A DNA stretch of 64,000 bases. Origin: an uncultured Eubacteriaceae bacterium. GTDB taxonomy: Bacteria; Bacillota; Clostridia; Lachnospirales; CAG-274. The notes beneath the pieces were generated by a model. The model was given only the letters and a program-made list of their open reading frames with translations, had not been told where the DNA came from and did no database searches. The DNA is taken from NCBI GenBank assembly GCA_946495765.1, contig CAMMEG010000001.1, positions 2,263 to 66,262 of the forward strand, read 5' to 3'. The position numbers and the translations under genes were made by a program. The first letter of the stretch is position 1; each line of letters starts with the position of its first letter. Of the stretch, positions 54,754-64,000 are shown in pieces.

Positions 54754-55776
54754 GTGGATAATATGAAAGAATATATAATAGCAATAGATGCTATGGGAGG
54801 AGATAATGCTCCAAAAGAAATAATAAAAGGTAGTATAGATGCTATTAATGAAAATAGTAAAATAAAACTTATATTAGTAGGTAAAGAAGATATTATTAAT
54901 AATGAACTTAGTAAATATAAATATAATAAAGAACAGATAAATATACAAAATGCAACGGAAATAATAAAAACAACAGAAAGCCCTACAGCTGCTATTAGAG
55001 AAAAGAAAGATTCTTCTATTGTAGTAGGTTTAAAACTTTTAAAAGAAGGAAAAGCAAGTGCATTTGTATCAGCAGGAAGTACAGGAGCACTACTTACAGG
55101 GGCTACAATTATTATAAAACGTATAAAAGGTATAGAAAGACCAGCACTTGCTACGTTAATACCAAATGCTAATAATGGATATACTTTTTTAATAGATTCT
55201 GGAGCTAATATGGATTGTAAGCCAATTTACTTACCTAACTTTGCTAAAATGGGTAAAATATATATGGAAAATATAATGAAGGTAAATAACCCTAAAGTAG
55301 CTGTTGTAAATGTAGGAGAAGAAAAAGAAAAAGGAGATACTTTTACAAAAGAAGCCTATAAACTTTTAGAACAAACAAAAAATATAAATTTTATTGGCAA
55401 CATAGAAGGAAGAGAAATACCAGAAGGGCAAGCAGATGTTATTGTATGTGATGGATTTGTTGGTAATGTTATATTAAAATTATCTGAAGGTATTGTAAAG
55501 GTATTTTCTAATATAGTTAAAAAAGAAATAAAGTCTAACATTTTATATTCTATCGGTGGTATTTTATCTAAAGGTGCATTTAAAAATATTAAGAAAAAAT
55601 TTGATTATGCTGAAGTTGGGGGAGCTCCATTTTTAGGGCTTAAATCTCTTGTTGTAAAAGCTCACGGAAGTTCAAATTCTAAAGCTATTAAAAGTGCTAT
55701 AAATCAATGTTATAGATTTATAGATACAGATATTGTTGAAAAAATAGAAAGTGCTATTTTAGAAGATAATGAATAA
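54754..55776 (+). CDS. plsX: Phosphate acyltransferase PlsX
   Basis: IAIDAMGGDNAP, SAGSTGA, DSGAN, CDGFVGN, KAHGSS. Confidence 0.97.
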   Translation: MDNMKEYIIAIDAMGGDNAPKEIIKGSIDAINENSKIKLILVGKEDIINNELSKYKYNKEQINIQNATEIIKTTESPTAAIREKKDSSIVVGLKLLKEGKASAFVSAGSTGALLTGATIIIKRIKGIERPALATLIPNANNGYTFLIDSGANMDCKPIYLPNFAKMGKIYMENIMKVNNPKVAVVNVGEEKEKGDTFTKEAYKLLEQTKNINFIGNIEGREIPEGQADVIVCDGFVGNVILKLSEGIVKVFSNIVKKEIKSNILYSIGGILSKGAFKNIKKKFDYAEVGGAPFLGLKSLVVKAHGSSNSKAIKSAINQCYRFIDTDIVEKIESAILEDNE

Positions 55777-55868
55777 AAATTTATAAAAAAATAAAAAAAC
55801 ACTTGTAAAATTTATCTTTATCTAGTATATTTATATGTGTCAAAAAGATTTTAAGGAGGTACTTCAAT

Positions 55869-56096
55869 ATGGTATTTGAAAAAGTTAAAGAAATAATTGC
55901 AGAACAAATGAGTATATCTGAAGATGAAATTACTTTAGAAACTACTTTTGCTGATGATTTAGGTGCGGATTCTTTAGACTTATTCCAAATTATATCTGAC
56001 TTAGAAGATAGTTTTGGTATTGAGTTTCAAAATGAAGATGCAGAAAAAATTAAAACAGTTGGAGATGCAGTAAATTATATAGAAGCTGCGAAATAA
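55869..56096 (+). CDS. acpP: Acyl carrier protein
   Basis: DLGADSLD phosphopantetheine site. Confidence 0.97.
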   Translation: MVFEKVKEIIAEQMSISEDEITLETTFADDLGADSLDLFQIISDLEDSFGIEFQNEDAEKIKTVGDAVNYIEAAK

Positions 56097-56369
56097 TTTT
56101 ATTAATTAAGGCTATAGCTTTATTTTTACTAATTATATTTAATATAATTAGTAAAAAGTAATAGCTAATATTTATTATCTATGATAGTAAATAGAAAATA
56201 TTATATTAAATTAAATGGTGAGCTATACCTATAATTTATAGTTTAGGCTCACTTTAATTTATTTTATGATAATTTTATTTATATACTATTATGAGGAATA
56301 AATTTTTGTTAAATATAAATAATAAAAGATATATTTATTTTTAAGAAGGATTTATTAATAGGAGGATAA

Positions 56370-57041
56370 ATGGATTTAGATATAGGATATAATTTCTTAA
56401 ATAAAAATTTATTAAAAGTAGCTTTAACTCATACATCTTTTAGCCATGAAAAAAAAGAACATATAGAAAATAATGAAAGACTTGAGTTTTTAGGTGATGC
56501 TGTTTTAGAACTTGTTATAAGTAAGCATATATTTACAAAATTTAGTGAATTATCAGAGGGTGAGTTAACTAAACTTAGAGCAAGTATTGTATGTGAAACT
56601 TCTTTAGCTAAAAAAGCAAGAGAAATTAATATAGGTCAAAATATTTTATTAGGTAAAGGTGAAGAATTAACTGGTGGCAGAGAAAGAGATTCTATATTAG
56701 CAGATGCTTTTGAAGCAATAATAGGAGCTATATATATAGATTCGTCAGATATATTAAAAGTAGAAAAGTTTATATTGACAAAAATGGAAGACATTATAAA
56801 TGAAAAAAGAAAAACTTTTGAGATGAATGATTGTAAAACATATTTACAAGAGATTATACAAAAAAATAGTACAGAACCTATTAAATACACAATAATAAAT
56901 GAAGAAGGACCAGCACATGACAAAGTATTTACTGTAAAAGTAACACACAATGATAAAGAACTTGGTATAGGTCAAGGTAAAAGCAAAAAAGATGCAGAAC
57001 AATTAGCAGCATTTAAAGCTATAAAATTATTAGAAAAATAA
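56370..57041 (+). CDS. rnc: Ribonuclease III
   Basis: NERLEFLGDAVL signature, dsRBD. Confidence 0.98.
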   Translation: MDLDIGYNFLNKNLLKVALTHTSFSHEKKEHIENNERLEFLGDAVLELVISKHIFTKFSELSEGELTKLRASIVCETSLAKKAREINIGQNILLGKGEELTGGRERDSILADAFEAIIGAIYIDSSDILKVEKFILTKMEDIINEKRKTFEMNDCKTYLQEIIQKNSTEPIKYTIINEEGPAHDKVFTVKVTHNDKELGIGQGKSKKDAEQLAAFKAIKLLEK

Positions 57042-57044
57042 TGT

Positions 57045-57095
57045 TTATATTAAAATAGTATATATACTATTGTTATATATACTATTTTAATATAA
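57045..57095. terminator. Inverted repeat (22-bp arms) after rnc
   Basis: ttatattaaaatagtatatata-ctattgt-tatatatactattttaatataa. Confidence 0.6.
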
Positions 57096-57114
57096 CATTT
57101 TTTGAGGTGATAGT

Positions 57115-57582
57115 ATGTTAGTTTTTTCTATTGAGGAAGATGAGGTTAAAATTTTTATGCAAAAGCTTTTAAAAGAAGAAAGTTTTGATAAATTAGAAGT
57201 TAGAAATGTATCTTTAGAGACTATTGTTAAATATGATATTTTATGTAATATAAATAAAGATTATTTAGATGAAGACGAAAATAGATATTTTGTAAAATGG
57301 AAAGAGCTAAAACCATATATTGTAAGTCTTATTAAGGGAGATAAAAAGCCTAAATTTTTTAAAATAGTATTTTCTTTAGATGATTACAGTGTTAATAACC
57401 TATGTGAAAATGCAAATGCTATGTTTTTAAATGTTACATATCAAAACAATGTTATAACTGGTACAACAGGTACAAGTCAAAAAGTATTTTCATTGGATAG
57501 AAAAGAAGAAAAAATATGGGAGGATATTATTTTAAAATTTTTTAAGAAAAATGGTATAAACATAAAATGTAACGATAATTAA
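57115..57582 (+). CDS. Conserved hypothetical protein (DUF5721-like)
   Basis: K.FM.KLL...FD, W..LKP....LIKG.K.P..FKIVF, TG.S...F.LD...E..W pattern. Confidence 0.7.
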   Translation: MLVFSIEEDEVKIFMQKLLKEESFDKLEVRNVSLETIVKYDILCNINKDYLDEDENRYFVKWKELKPYIVSLIKGDKKPKFFKIVFSLDDYSVNNLCENANAMFLNVTYQNNVITGTTGTSQKVFSLDRKEEKIWEDIILKFFKKNGINIKCNDN

Positions 57583-57715
57583 TAGGGATATAAAAGACAA
57601 GGATAGAATAAATATATTCCTTGTCTTTAATTATTTTAATCAAGTTATTTTTATTTTAATTTTTATTAATAAAATATTTAGAAAAATTGATTTTATTATA
57701 GTTAAGGAGAGTATT

Positions 57716-58240
57716 ATGGAAAAAGGATATATACAAATATATACAGGAAATGGAAAAGGTAAAACTACTTGTATGCTAGGATTAACATTAAGAGCAAGTG
57801 GAGCAGGCAAAAAAATATATATAGGTCAGTTTATGAAAGATGACGAATATAGTGAGATAAAAGCTATAAGACAATTTTTACCTAATGTAACAGTAGAACA
57901 ATATGGAACAGGCAAAGGATTTGCTAAAAAAGGTGCATTAAAAGATTATGATATATCTTGTGGTAATAATGGTTATGATAGAGCAATAGAAATTTTAAAA
58001 CAAAATGAATATGATATTTATATATTTGATGAAATAAATGTAGCAGTTTATATGGAGATATTAACAGAAAAACAAATATTAAATTTAATGGATATTAAAC
58101 CTTATAGCTCAGAGCTTATATTGACAGGGAGATACGCATTAGAAAGTGTAAAAGAAAAGGCAGATTTAGTTACAGAAATGAAAGAAGTAAAACATTATTA
58201 TAATAAAGGTGTTATGGCTAGAGTTGGTATAGAAAAATAG
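57716..58240 (+). CDS. cobO: Cob(I)yrinic acid a,c-diamide adenosyltransferase
   Basis: IYTGNGKGKTT, QFMK, DEIN.A, ELILTGR, KHYY..G..AR.GIE. Confidence 0.93.
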   Translation: MEKGYIQIYTGNGKGKTTCMLGLTLRASGAGKKIYIGQFMKDDEYSEIKAIRQFLPNVTVEQYGTGKGFAKKGALKDYDISCGNNGYDRAIEILKQNEYDIYIFDEINVAVYMEILTEKQILNLMDIKPYSSELILTGRYALESVKEKADLVTEMKEVKHYYNKGVMARVGIEK

Positions 58241-58263
58241 TATATTTTATAGAAAGGATTTTT

Positions 58264-58872
58264 ATGTTAAATTATAAATATAAATTTGTTTTTGATTTAG
58301 ATTCTACGATAACTAAAGAAGAAATTTTACCTATAGTTGCTAAAGAAATAGGTTTATATGAAAAAATGCAAATATTAACAGAAAAAGCTATGAATGGAGA
58401 GGAAGATTTTGAGCAAAATTTTAAAAATAGAGTTAATATGCTAAAAAATATACCTATAAAAACTATACATAAAATAGTGAAAAATATTAAACTAAATGAA
58501 TATATAGAAAAGTTTATTTTAGAAAATAAAGAAAGATGTATAATTGTAACTGGAAATTTAGATATAATAGTACAGCCTATTTTAAAAAGACTTAATATGG
58601 AACAAAGATATTTTTCTTGTATAGGTACAGTAAAAGAAGGTAAAATTCACACAGTACATAAAATAATTAATAAAAAGGATATAGCCCAAAATTTTGATTT
58701 TGACTTTGTAGCCATTGGTGATGGAGATAATGATGTAGAGATGATAAAACTTGCTAAAATTGGTATAGGTTTTGGTGGCAGTAGAAATTTATCTAAAAAT
58801 ATTTTAAATAGTGCGGACTATATTTTTTATAATGATAAAAAATTATATGAATTTTTAAATATTTTATTATGA
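58264..58872 (+). CDS. HAD-IB hydrolase, SerB-like
   Basis: FDLDST, TEKAMNGE, IGDGDND motifs. Confidence 0.85.
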   Translation: MLNYKYKFVFDLDSTITKEEILPIVAKEIGLYEKMQILTEKAMNGEEDFEQNFKNRVNMLKNIPIKTIHKIVKNIKLNEYIEKFILENKERCIIVTGNLDIIVQPILKRLNMEQRYFSCIGTVKEGKIHTVHKIINKKDIAQNFDFDFVAIGDGDNDVEMIKLAKIGIGFGGSRNLSKNILNSADYIFYNDKKLYEFLNILL

Positions 58873-58880
58873 GGTAAAAT

Positions 58881-59852
58881 ATGATTATTAATAAAATGAC
58901 ATTTTTGGCTATAATATTAGGATTTATAATAGATTGTATTCTAGGAGACCCTCAAAATCCCTTTCATCCTATACGATTTTTAGGATATATAAATAATACA
59001 GGTATAAAAATTTATGATAAGTTAAAAATAAAAAAGCCTAAATTACAATTTATATATGGGATGGTTATGAATATAATAATACTTATTTTTATATTTTTAT
59101 TATTTATATTTATTATTAATATATTTTATAAAATAAACTTTTATTTAGGTTTTATTTTTGAGGTTTTAATGTGTTATTTTATAATTGCTCCTAAATGTCT
59201 TTATATAGAAAGTATGAAAATATATAATCAATTAAAAAATAAAGATATAGAAAATGCAAGGTTATATTTATCTTATATCGTTGGTAGAGATACTAAAAAC
59301 TTAGAAGAAGAAAAAATAATAAAAGCAACAGTAGAAACTATATCAGAAAATTTATCAGATGGAGTTATAGCTCCTTTAATATATTTATTTTTAGGAGGAG
59401 TACCTTTAGGAATGGTATATAAGGCTATTAACACACTAGATTCTATGGTTGGATACAAAAATGAAAAATTTATGTATTTAGGTAAATTTTCAGCAAGGTT
59501 AGATGATATAGCTAATTTTATACCAGCAAGAATTTCAGCTATGTTAATGTTAATATCTACTTTTATAGTTAGGCTTAACTTTAAAAATGCTTGTAAAATT
59601 TATTTTAGAGATAGATATAATCATTTAAGTCCTAATTCTGCTCACACAGAGGCTGTATGTGCTGGAGCTTTAAGCATACAATTAGGTGGAGCTAGTACAT
59701 ATAAAGGTAAGGTTGTAGAAAAGAAAACTATAGGAGATAATATTAAAAAACCACAAGTACAAGATATAGTTTTGGCTAATAAACTTATGTATATATCTAC
59801 AATGGAGTGTATTTTAATTTTAATAATTATAAACTTTACTATGAGAGGATAG
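58881..59852 (+). CDS. cbiB: Adenosylcobinamide-phosphate synthase
   Basis: GDP...HP, IVGRDT, ENLSDG..AP, NTLDSMVGY, SPNS. Confidence 0.95.
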   Translation: MIINKMTFLAIILGFIIDCILGDPQNPFHPIRFLGYINNTGIKIYDKLKIKKPKLQFIYGMVMNIIILIFIFLLFIFIINIFYKINFYLGFIFEVLMCYFIIAPKCLYIESMKIYNQLKNKDIENARLYLSYIVGRDTKNLEEEKIIKATVETISENLSDGVIAPLIYLFLGGVPLGMVYKAINTLDSMVGYKNEKFMYLGKFSARLDDIANFIPARISAMLMLISTFIVRLNFKNACKIYFRDRYNHLSPNSAHTEAVCAGALSIQLGGASTYKGKVVEKKTIGDNIKKPQVQDIVLANKLMYISTMECILILIIINFTMRG

Positions 59853-59855
59853 ATT

Positions 59856-60914
59856 ATGTATAAATATGAACATGGAGGAAATGAAGTATTTAAAAATAAT
59901 AATATAATAGATTTTTCGGCTAATATAAATCCATTGGGCTTAAAAGAAGGTAGTATTGACATTTTAAAAAATGCTATGGATAAAAGTACCTTTTATCCAG
60001 ATAATCTGTGGACAAAACTTAGGCAGGCTATTAGTGATTATGAAAAGGTGGATAAAGATTACATATTTTGTAGCAATGGTGCATCAGATATAATTTTTAG
60101 AATAGTATCATGTTTAAAACCTAAAAAAGCCTTAATTTTAGCACCTACTTTTTTAGATTATGAAAGAGCATTAAAAACAGTAGATTGTAAAATACATAAA
60201 CATATTTTATTAGAAAAAGATGACTTTAATTTAAAAGAGGATATATTATATATTATAGAAAAAGAACAATTTGATATTATATTTTTATGTAATCCTAACA
60301 ATCCAACAGGACAATTAATAAAAAATAGTTTAATAGAAAAAATTTTAAAAATTAGTAAGGGCTATGTTTTTATAGATGAATGTTTTATGGATTTTATAAC
60401 AAATAATGAAGAATATTCTTCTAAAAAATTTATAGAAAGTTATAATAATCTAATTATTTTAAAAGCATTTACTAAAATATTTGCATTAGCAGGATTTAGA
60501 TTAGGATACTGTATTACGTATAATAGTAAAACAATAGACAATTTATATTTTTATGGTGCAGACTGGGCTGTTTCTATTTTTGCTCAAGAAATGGGGATAT
60601 ACTGTCTTAAAGACTGTGAGATATATTTGAAAAAAAGTTTAGATTATATATATGAAGAAAAGGAAAAAATAAAAAATAGTCTTAAACTATTAAATTTTAA
60701 AATAATAGCTAGTAATGCAAATTATATATTTTTTAAAGGATATAAAGGGTTTGATAAAATTTTATATGAAAAATATAATATTTGTATAAGAAATTGTGGT
60801 AATTATACTAATCTTACAAATGAATATTTTAGAATAGGAATATATAAAAAAGAACAAAATGAAAAATTAATATTTGCAATAGAAGACATGTTTAAAAATA
60901 TTATAAAAAGGTGA
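59856..60914 (+). CDS. cobD: Threonine-phosphate decarboxylase (PLP)
   Basis: HGG, DFSANINP, CNPNNPTG, DECF, AFTK.FALAG.RLGY; follows cbiB. Confidence 0.88.
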   Translation: MYKYEHGGNEVFKNNNIIDFSANINPLGLKEGSIDILKNAMDKSTFYPDNLWTKLRQAISDYEKVDKDYIFCSNGASDIIFRIVSCLKPKKALILAPTFLDYERALKTVDCKIHKHILLEKDDFNLKEDILYIIEKEQFDIIFLCNPNNPTGQLIKNSLIEKILKISKGYVFIDECFMDFITNNEEYSSKKFIESYNNLIILKAFTKIFALAGFRLGYCITYNSKTIDNLYFYGADWAVSIFAQEMGIYCLKDCEIYLKKSLDYIYEEKEKIKNSLKLLNFKIIASNANYIFFKGYKGFDKILYEKYNICIRNCGNYTNLTNEYFRIGIYKKEQNEKLIFAIEDMFKNIIKR

Positions 60915-60918
60915 TAAA

Positions 60919-61593
60919 ATGATAAAAAAAGAATTAAAAGGTAAAAAATTTGTAGCATCTTATAGCGGTGGAAAAGATAGTATACTTTCCATATATAGAG
61001 CTATAAAAACAGGACTTAAGCCTGTATGTTTTATAATAACTTATAATAAAGATAGAAATTTATCCTGGTTTCATGGTTTACCTAAAGGGGTTTTAGATAG
61101 TGTGTCTAAATCTTTAAATGTTCCTATATGGCTTATAGAAACAAGTGGCGAAGAATATACTAAAAACTTTGAGAAGGGACTTACAAAGGCAAAAGAGCTA
61201 GGAGCAGAAGTGTGTATATTTGGAGATATAGATTTAGAAGAGCATCTTAAATGGTGTAGCCAAAGATGTGAAAATGTAGGGATAGACCCTTGTTTTCCAC
61301 TTTGGAAAGAAGATAGAAAAAAACTTGTGTATGAATTTTTAGAAAGTGGATTTACATCAACTTTTACAGTTATAAATACTAATAAATTAGATGATAGATT
61401 TTTAGGTATGACTATGACAAAGGAAATATGTAAACAAATAGAAAAAGAAGGTGCAGATATATGTGGGGAAAATGGTGAATATCACACCTTTGTATATGAT
61501 GGACCTATATTTAAAGAAAAAGTAAACTTTAAACTAGGTGAAAAAATAAAAGAAAATGAATATTCTATCTTACCTATAAAAGAAGATTTTTAA
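60919..61593 (+). CDS. DUF71/Dph6-like PP-loop ATPase (B12-associated subgroup)
   Basis: SYSGGKDS, FGDI, PLW, CGENGEYHT.V.DGP.F. Confidence 0.88.
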   Translation: MIKKELKGKKFVASYSGGKDSILSIYRAIKTGLKPVCFIITYNKDRNLSWFHGLPKGVLDSVSKSLNVPIWLIETSGEEYTKNFEKGLTKAKELGAEVCIFGDIDLEEHLKWCSQRCENVGIDPCFPLWKEDRKKLVYEFLESGFTSTFTVINTNKLDDRFLGMTMTKEICKQIEKEGADICGENGEYHTFVYDGPIFKEKVNFKLGEKIKENEYSILPIKEDF

Positions 61594-62064
61594 AACATAT
61601 AAACAATATTTACAAGAGCGTAAAATATGAATGAAAAAGATATTATTATAGCAAGAGATTTTAAAATATTTAAAGTTATTAAAGAGTATTTAATATTTTT
61701 TTAGCTAAAGAGTAGTAAGAATAAATATAAAAATAGTAATTATACCATCATAATTAAAAAAATAGTACTATAAAGTTTCATATTTTTTATTTATAAAATA
61801 GTTTGAAAAGTTAAATAAAAATAAAACAAGACTTATTTTATTAATATTTTTATTAAAAATTTATTAATATAAACCATCATCTTATTGTATTAAAAATATT
61901 ATATAATTATTTATGAATATGAAAAGTTCTGTATATATTGATAATTTTTATAAACATAAAAGTTAGAAATAATTTTGATAGCTTAGATAAAAAATAAGAT
62001 ATAGAAATTTTAATATATATATGTTATAATATAAAGATAAACTTTTTAAGGAGAGATAATAAAT

Positions 62065-62244
62065 ATGAATATACCAAAAGACCCATATATGTTATTAAGT
62101 TTTATAAATACAAAGCTTAGAGATGACTTTGATAGTTTAGATAATTTTTGTGAAAGTTATAATGTGGATAAACAAGAAATACAAAAAAAGCTTAATAATA
62201 TAGGATATAAATATATAACTAATGAAAATCAATTTAAGGCTTAG
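62065..62244 (+). CDS. DUF4250-family small protein
   Basis: Manual translation MNIPKDPYMLLSFINTKLRDDFDSLD...GYKY...NQFKA (59 aa); RBS aaggag. Confidence 0.85.
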   Translation: MNIPKDPYMLLSFINTKLRDDFDSLDNFCESYNVDKQEIQKKLNNIGYKYITNENQFKA

Positions 62245-62252
62245 AGGTAAAT

Positions 62253-62849
62253 ATGATTAGTTTTATAAAAGGCAACATAGAAATATTAAAAGAAGGATTA
62301 ATAATAATAGAAAATAATGGCATAGGCTATAAACTAAATGTTTCTGAAAAACTATATTCTTATTTATATAAAAATAGACAAAATGTAAAGTTATATACTT
62401 TTATGAATGTTAAAGAAGGGGAAATTTCTCTCTTTGGATTTTTAACACTGGATGAACTACAACTTTTTGAAAGGCTTATTACTGTATCAGGAGTAGGACC
62501 AAAAGGAGCAATAGCACTTTTAAACATAATGACACCACAAGAAATAATAACAGCTATTATAACCTCAGATATAAAGGCGTTATCTAGTGGGCAAGGAATT
62601 GGTAAAAAAATAGCTCAAAGAATAGCTTTAGAGCTAAAAGATAAAGTAGATATATTAAATGCTATAAATATAGAACCACAAGTGATTAATGATATAGAAG
62701 AAGATGGCACAACTAAAGAAACATTGGAGGCTTTAATAGCACTTGGATTTACAAGACAAGAAATAGTAAAGGCTATTAATTCTATTGAAGATAAAAATAT
62801 ATCTGTAGATAAAATGATAAGTTTATGTCTTAAAAAATTATCTAAATAG
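62253..62849 (+). CDS. ruvA: Holliday junction branch migration protein RuvA
   Basis: [32 protein letters not shown]. Confidence 0.97.
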   Translation: MISFIKGNIEILKEGLIIIENNGIGYKLNVSEKLYSYLYKNRQNVKLYTFMNVKEGEISLFGFLTLDELQLFERLITVSGVGPKGAIALLNIMTPQEIITAIITSDIKALSSGQGIGKKIAQRIALELKDKVDILNAINIEPQVINDIEEDGTTKETLEALIALGFTRQEIVKAINSIEDKNISVDKMISLCLKKLSK

Positions 62850-62854
62850 AGGAG

Positions 62855-63865
62855 GTGATTAACATAAAAGATAGAATAATCACATCAGATTTTAGACAAG
62901 AAGATATAGATATAGAAACAAAGCTAAGACCTCAGACAATAGACACATATATAGGACAAAAAAAGGTTAAAGAAACTTTAAAAGTTTATATAGAAGCAGC
63001 AAAAATGAGAGATGAACCTTTAGACCATGTTCTTTTATATGGACCTCCTGGGCTTGGAAAAACTACGTTATCTAATATTATAGCCAACGAAATGTGTGTA
63101 AATATAAAAACAACATCAGGACCAGCAATAGAACGCCCTGGAGATATGGCAGCTATATTAAATTCATTAAATGAAGGTGACATCTTATTTGTAGATGAAA
63201 TTCACAGACTTAATAGAACAATAGAAGAAGTACTATATCCAGCTATGGAGGATTTTTCTCTTGATATAATGATAGGTAAAGGGCCATCTAGTAAAAGTAT
63301 AAGAGTAGATTTACCAAAGTTTACTCTTATAGGCGCAACAACTAGAATAGGACTTTTGACAAATCCCTTAAGAGATAGATTTGGTGTTATTAGTCGTTTA
63401 GAAATGTATGAAGCACAAGAACTTAAACATATTGTTAAACGCTCTGCTGGTGTTTTAGACATAGAAATAGATGATGAAGGTGCATTAGAGATAGCTAGAC
63501 GTTCTAGAGGTACTCCAAGAATAGCTAATAGATTATTAAAAAGAGTTAGAGATTTTGCTCAAGTTAGATATGATGGTAAAATAAACAAAAAGGTAGCCGA
63601 TGAAACATTAAATCTATTAGAAGTAGATAAATTGGGACTTGATAATATTGACCAAAAAATATTAAAGACTATTATAGAAAAGTTTTCAGGAGGTCCTGTT
63701 GGTGTAGACAATCTTGCAGTATCTATTGGAGAAGAAAGTGATACAATAGAAGAAGTTTATGAACCATATCTTATTCAATTAGGATTTATAAAAAGAACAC
63801 CTAGAGGACGAGAAATAACAAATATAGGATATAAGCATTTTGGTATAAATTTTGATAATCAATAA
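62855..63865 (+). CDS. ruvB: Holliday junction helicase RuvB
   Basis: LRP...[25 protein letters not shown]. Confidence 0.98.
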   Translation: MINIKDRIITSDFRQEDIDIETKLRPQTIDTYIGQKKVKETLKVYIEAAKMRDEPLDHVLLYGPPGLGKTTLSNIIANEMCVNIKTTSGPAIERPGDMAAILNSLNEGDILFVDEIHRLNRTIEEVLYPAMEDFSLDIMIGKGPSSKSIRVDLPKFTLIGATTRIGLLTNPLRDRFGVISRLEMYEAQELKHIVKRSAGVLDIEIDDEGALEIARRSRGTPRIANRLLKRVRDFAQVRYDGKINKKVADETLNLLEVDKLGLDNIDQKILKTIIEKFSGGPVGVDNLAVSIGEESDTIEEVYEPYLIQLGFIKRTPRGREITNIGYKHFGINFDNQ

Positions 63866-63898
63866 TACTTTTTTTATTATTAGTATTATAATAAATAG

Positions 63899-64000
63899 TT
63901 TTTTAATACTATATATTAAAAAACGGTTATTCCTAATATTTCTTATAACAAAAGTTAAAACAAAGATATGTCTATAATTTTTATTATAAAAAATAAAGTC
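63899..64000 (-). repeat. Inverted copy of dispersed repeat (runs off window)
   Basis: Reverse complement gactttattttttataataaaaattataga...aaatattaggaataaccgttttttaatatatagtattaaaaaa. Confidence 0.7.

Noticed and set aside
57583-57715. Cobalamin riboswitch upstream of cobO
   Set aside because: Only a terminator-like hairpin and AT-rich DNA; no B12 box and too short
7560-63462. Numerous short ORFs nested in or antisense to recognised genes (e.g. 7576-7929, 8129-8494, 9538-9975, 48580-49059)
   Set aside because: Shadow frames of well-supported genes, with no RBS or motifs
13381-64000. Inverted repeat copies at 13381-13470 and 63899-64000 as the two ends of one ~50.7-kb element, with the partner att just beyond the window
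   Set aside because: Tempting geometry, but equally similar copies occur at 25120, 27380, 41238 and 54485, so it is a dispersed family. Not excluded; inspect the ~200 bp beyond 64000 for a 5' gene half

Overview
Very AT-rich chromosomal segment from a spore-forming Clostridia member (Lachnospirales-like by gene content; inference). It is mostly housekeeping: hrcA-grpE-dnaK and dnaJ with a CIRCE operator, ung, ogt, spoVS, an Eco47II-family restriction-modification pair, xth, nadE, spoVT, metG-tatD-yabE, deoD, cheR-cheA-cheW-cheB, pta-ackA, yceD-rpmF, plsX-acpP-rnc, a cobamide salvage cluster and ruvAB. The standout is missed by the ORF track. An intact, start-less 276-codon reading frame on the minus strand (12513-13343) encodes a Cys-rich CsxA-like exosporium/coat protein. 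It breaks exactly at the conserved KVFD|QC motif, inside a 29-bp inverted repeat, about 130 bp from the stop codon of a large serine recombinase. The recombinase is divergent from a 50-aa ORF with a sigmaE-like promoter. This resembles a sporulation-programmed DNA rearrangement of the skin/SPbeta type acting on an exosporium gene. However, there is no phage cargo and no 5' gene half in the window, so the rearranged segment would either span more than 50 kb including essential genes or be an inversion. Also seen: a degenerate ~110-bp dispersed intergenic repeat (6 clear and 2 partial copies), many unusually long perfect inverted repeats at gene ends (including a 56-bp spacer-less palindrome), a decayed sigV-rsiV pair, and WalR-type boxes. 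No rRNA, tRNA, CRISPR array or IS transposase was recognised.
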